From Spirochaetia bacterium (lineage in GTDB: Bacteria; Spirochaetota; Spirochaetia; DSM-16054; Sediminispirochaetaceae), in assembly GCA_034520965.1 (NCBI GenBank), contig JAXHMY010000007.1, positions 64,001 to 128,000 on the forward strand: 64,000 nucleotides of DNA, written 5' to 3'. Below, piece by piece: positions 61,201 to 64,000 of the stretch. Within the stretch, counting starts at the first letter, position 1. Every line of letters begins with the position of its first letter. The notes below the pieces were generated by a model that had not been told where the DNA came from, searched no databases, and worked only from the letters and a program-made list of their open reading frames with translations. A program made the position numbers and the translations under genes.

Positions 61201-61908
61201 CTAAAAAGGAAGCAGGGGGCTGCCGCCCCAGGTTCCGACGCTTTTGAAGGGGCGGAAGCGGGCGAATAGCTCATCATTATACCAGTTGAATTTGTGGGTT
61301 TTTTTGATTGCCTCCAGGTGGTCGGGGTTGTGGTAGGCGAAGGCCTTTATTGACTCCGCATCCCGCCAGATACTGAAGGTGGCCATCTGCTTAACCGGCC
61401 ACTCACCGATACCCTTTGCACATATGAGCCCGGAGAACCTGTCCAGGGAACCACTGGTGCGGGGCACCTGTCGCCAAAATCGTACCAGCTGTTTGTTTGC
61501 AATGGTAGCCCGGGTGATAACGGCGGTAATATCGCCCTCGGCCTGTCCGTCGGGTTTGAAGGGATTGACCCCTCCCCACTCTCCGTGGGAACGCAGGGGA
61601 GTCATAAACACCGTCACCGTTTCAAGGCAGTGAGCCCGGTATTCGTGATGAAGCTTTGAATTGTGCAGAAACTCGTCGGCCTGGGCTTCGGTTTCCCACA
61701 CGGTAAGCAGGGCATAAGTAGAAAAATCGGCGTACCAACTAAAGCCGTTGCCGCCCCCGGTACCGAGCAGCCGGTAAAACCGCAGCCCCTCTGCATTTTT
61801 AAGGTGGCCGTGGGCGAACTGCATCATGGTAAATGCCCAGAACTTGTTGCGCAGCCCAGAGTATTTGAACAAACTAAGTGTAACTACCGGAGGAGCTTCG
61901 TTTTCCAT
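61201..61908 (-). CDS. Spheroidene monooxygenase (CrtA)-like protein
   Basis: WAFTMMQFAH, GLRFYRLLGTGGGNGF, SHGEWGG, VITRATI, GIGEWP, ATFSIW, FAY...H and WYNDELFARF motifs. Confidence 0.75.
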   Translation of the reverse strand: MENEAPPVVTLSLFKYSGLRNKFWAFTMMQFAHGHLKNAEGLRFYRLLGTGGGNGFSWYADFSTYALLTVWETEAQADEFLHNSKLHHEYRAHCLETVTVFMTPLRSHGEWGGVNPFKPDGQAEGDITAVITRATIANKQLVRFWRQVPRTSGSLDRFSGLICAKGIGEWPVKQMATFSIWRDAESIKAFAYHNPDHLEAIKKTHKFNWYNDELFARFRPFKSVGTWGGSPLLPF

Positions 61909-62039
61909 AGACTTAAGTCTAAGTGCTGCGGGCAGAGACCGCAAGGGGGGGGAGCAGCGCGAGCCGGCCGGGCTGAGGGGCTCGCTGCGGGAAGAGGATT
62001 TAAATAAATATTACAGCAACAAATATCCGAAGCGCTCCA

Positions 62040-62720
62040 GGAGTAGGTAGTTTTTGATGGTAAGGTTGGCCGCCCAGTTGCGGCGGCTCTGTTGCCGGGG
62101 AGGGGAACTCCTTCCGGGCGGCGAAGAGCAAGACCGCCCGGGAAGCCATGGCTTCTACCTCGACGGGGGTAAAGCGGCTTAACAGTTGGCGGTAGCGCAG
62201 GAGAATGAGCCGATAATACTTGGCATGAGGGATCGCCGCCAGTGGTCGGTTGATGCAGCTGGGTCACTCCTTTCGCTGTCGTTCCAGTGCCATTAGGGTG
62301 CATGGGGATGGTCGTTGATCGCCGGCCCGACGGCGTACCAGCCATCGCGCTCGTCAACATAGCTTTGCTCCAGGTAATGTACTGCCTTGGTTATCATTGG
62401 ATTACATGCAGAAGGGGCCTCAGAGTCTACGGTTTCAAAGCCCACAGCCTCGCCGAGCGCGCGCCCCTCAAGTTCTTCTATAATCTGGAAAGCTATTGTT
62501 GTGGCCATGGGCGAGGAGTCGGGCAGGAGGAAGTCCGGCTCGAGGCCGCGGCCGAAACCGCCGTCGGGGTTTTGATATGCCTTCAGGGCATCCTTTACGG
62601 AATCTATTACCTCGGTAGGGTTGCCGCCGCCGAAGTGAAGGTCGAAGCGGGCCAGGTTGATCGGGGCGCATTCGGCTGCAATATATCTGCGGGTACCTCC
62701 AGATCGGTGCGGCCGGGCCG
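62040..62720 (-). pseudogene. Prenyltransferase/squalene-cyclase-repeat-like protein, disrupted
   Basis: LKAYQNPDGGFGRGLEPDF...SSPMAT; HPHAP*WHW has an in-frame stop where such proteins usually read PWW. Boundaries are approximate. Confidence 0.55.
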
Positions 62721-62734
62721 TTTGAGGGCGGGGC

Positions 62735-63096
62735 TGAGGTGAGGCTTGTCGGCAAGCCCGCTGCCGGCCCCGCGGTTGGATCCACGACCTGGGCTTTGGT
62801 CGGATTTTTGGCTGGAACCTTGACCAGGGCTTGTATCGAAATTGTGGTCGAGGCGGAGGGTAATCCAATGGCGTTTGTTCAGGTGATAGCCTGCGGTGAT
62901 TGACGGGTAGGCCTGGCGCAGCACCATGGCGCTCGTCGGGCTCGGCATCGAGGAGATATCAGGAAGAGTCGTGAAAATTGGTCAGAGCGAAAATCTTGCC
63001 TTGCAGCTTATAGACCAGGGTTTGTTCATCGAAAGGAAAGCCGGCTGCGGTTCCGGGCAGGAGCTCGCAGTAGTTTTGAAAGTCTCTCAGCTCCAT
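62735..63096 (-). CDS. MmcQ/YjbR family protein, frameshifted
   Basis: MELRDFQNYCELLPGTAAGFPFDEQTLVYKLQGKIFAL, then LRQAYPSITAGYHLNKRHWITL in another frame. The 3' end is uncertain. Confidence 0.75.
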
Positions 63097-63239
63097 GCAC
63101 CCATTTTACCGGTTTAGGTGGTGTCTGTCGTCTATAACGAGTCCAAATTTTCATAACTAATAGAGGCTGCCTACCGGGCGACCCGACGCGTATTCGAGCC
63201 GGCCGGGCTGAAGGAGCGGCTGCGGAAAAAGCTTTTTTT

Positions 63240-63783
63240 TTATACCAGTACGTCAATAACTTTGACGGTATCGGTTATGGGGATAGTCTGGTGTTCGTAG
63301 CGGGCGTTGAAATAGAGCCCGTCTCCGGTTTTCAGATTATATTCAGTAGCACCGATTTTTAGTATCATCTCACCTTCGAGCACATAGATAAACTCTTCGC
63401 TCTCGTGGGCGGTGGTATGAACTGTCCTGTGCGTTCTTTCATGTGAAACACGGAACGGCTGCATTTCTTCAATCGCGCCGTACTCGGAGGCGTACGGGAA
63501 CATTGAGTACCCCTGGGCGGTTTTTATCAGGCCTCCCTCGGCTTCGGTAACGGGGTTATGGACCACCTCCCGGTGGATCTCTTCACCAAGCAAAAACCCT
63601 ACTTTGGTATTAAGGGATCTGGCGATTTTATCCAGAGCCCCTAAAGAGGGAATGACCTTTCCGTTTTCGATTTTTGAGAGGTGGCTTTTGGTGTAGCCGC
63701 AATTATCAGCAACTTCCTGCTGCGACCTTCTCTGTTCAAGCCTGATCTTTTTTACGCCGAGTGCCAATATCTTCGTTGTTCAT
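63240..63783 (-). CDS. XRE-family HTH regulator with cupin sensor
   Basis: SQQEVADNCGYTKSHLSKIENGKVIPS and HESEEFIYVLEG; probable ATG 63783 (MNNEDIG) lies out of frame. Confidence 0.88.
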
Positions 63784-63913
63784 TTTTTCTTTACAAGATT
63801 ATATCCGTATTCGATTTCATTTGCAAGCGTTAAGTTAACATGTTATGTTATCGTTCGACAAACAGAAATCAACGAAAAATCAGACTAAGTTTCATAATAC
63901 CAGGAGGTAATCT

Positions 63914-64000
63914 ATGATCGATCTCTACCGTGCACGAAGATGTGAAAAAGAAAAATGTTCAAGCAAGCGCCGGGCACAAAATATTATTTACCCGACCTTT
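63914..64000 (+). CDS. 5' end of a gene running off the window (possibly a PLP-dependent enzyme)
   Basis: Strong AGGAGG RBS then ATG; MIDL...NIILPT-like start across apparent frameshifts. Confidence 0.35.
   Translation, partial: MIDLYRARRCEKEKCSSKRRAQNIIYPTF

Overview
About 55 genes from a bacterial chromosome, most likely a free-living anaerobic spirochaete (Spirochaetia). That assignment is inferred from gene content: FemX, a lipoprotein-LysM-NlpC/P60 cluster, HisKA_2 kinases, MCPs and small OM barrels. No rRNA, tRNA, CRISPR array, transposase or integrase was recognised. Recognisable loci are an intact NuoE/NuoF-like (HydCB-like) plus FdhA formate dehydrogenase operon, a decayed fdh paralog with mobA, nfeD-nfeD-floA, kynU, crtI, ilvBN, hypAB, perR-dpsL, a tandem-domain KamA-like radical SAM protein and a transglutaminase-TPR/Ig-like lipoprotein pair. 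Many genes are frameshifted, especially at 1-6 kb and 60-64 kb, which suggests long-read indel errors. The most unusual signal is two diverged ~142-bp non-coding elements (8107-8248, 9284-9425). Each is built of two long palindromes with identical lengths and spacing and compensatory base changes, and each is flanked by its own direct repeat, making them a candidate MITE-like family. Other highlights are an unannotated Leu/Val leader-peptide attenuator for ilvBN, a 7-1-7 PerR-type box shared by perR and dpsL, and two genes reduced to N-terminus/C-terminus fusions by large internal deletions.
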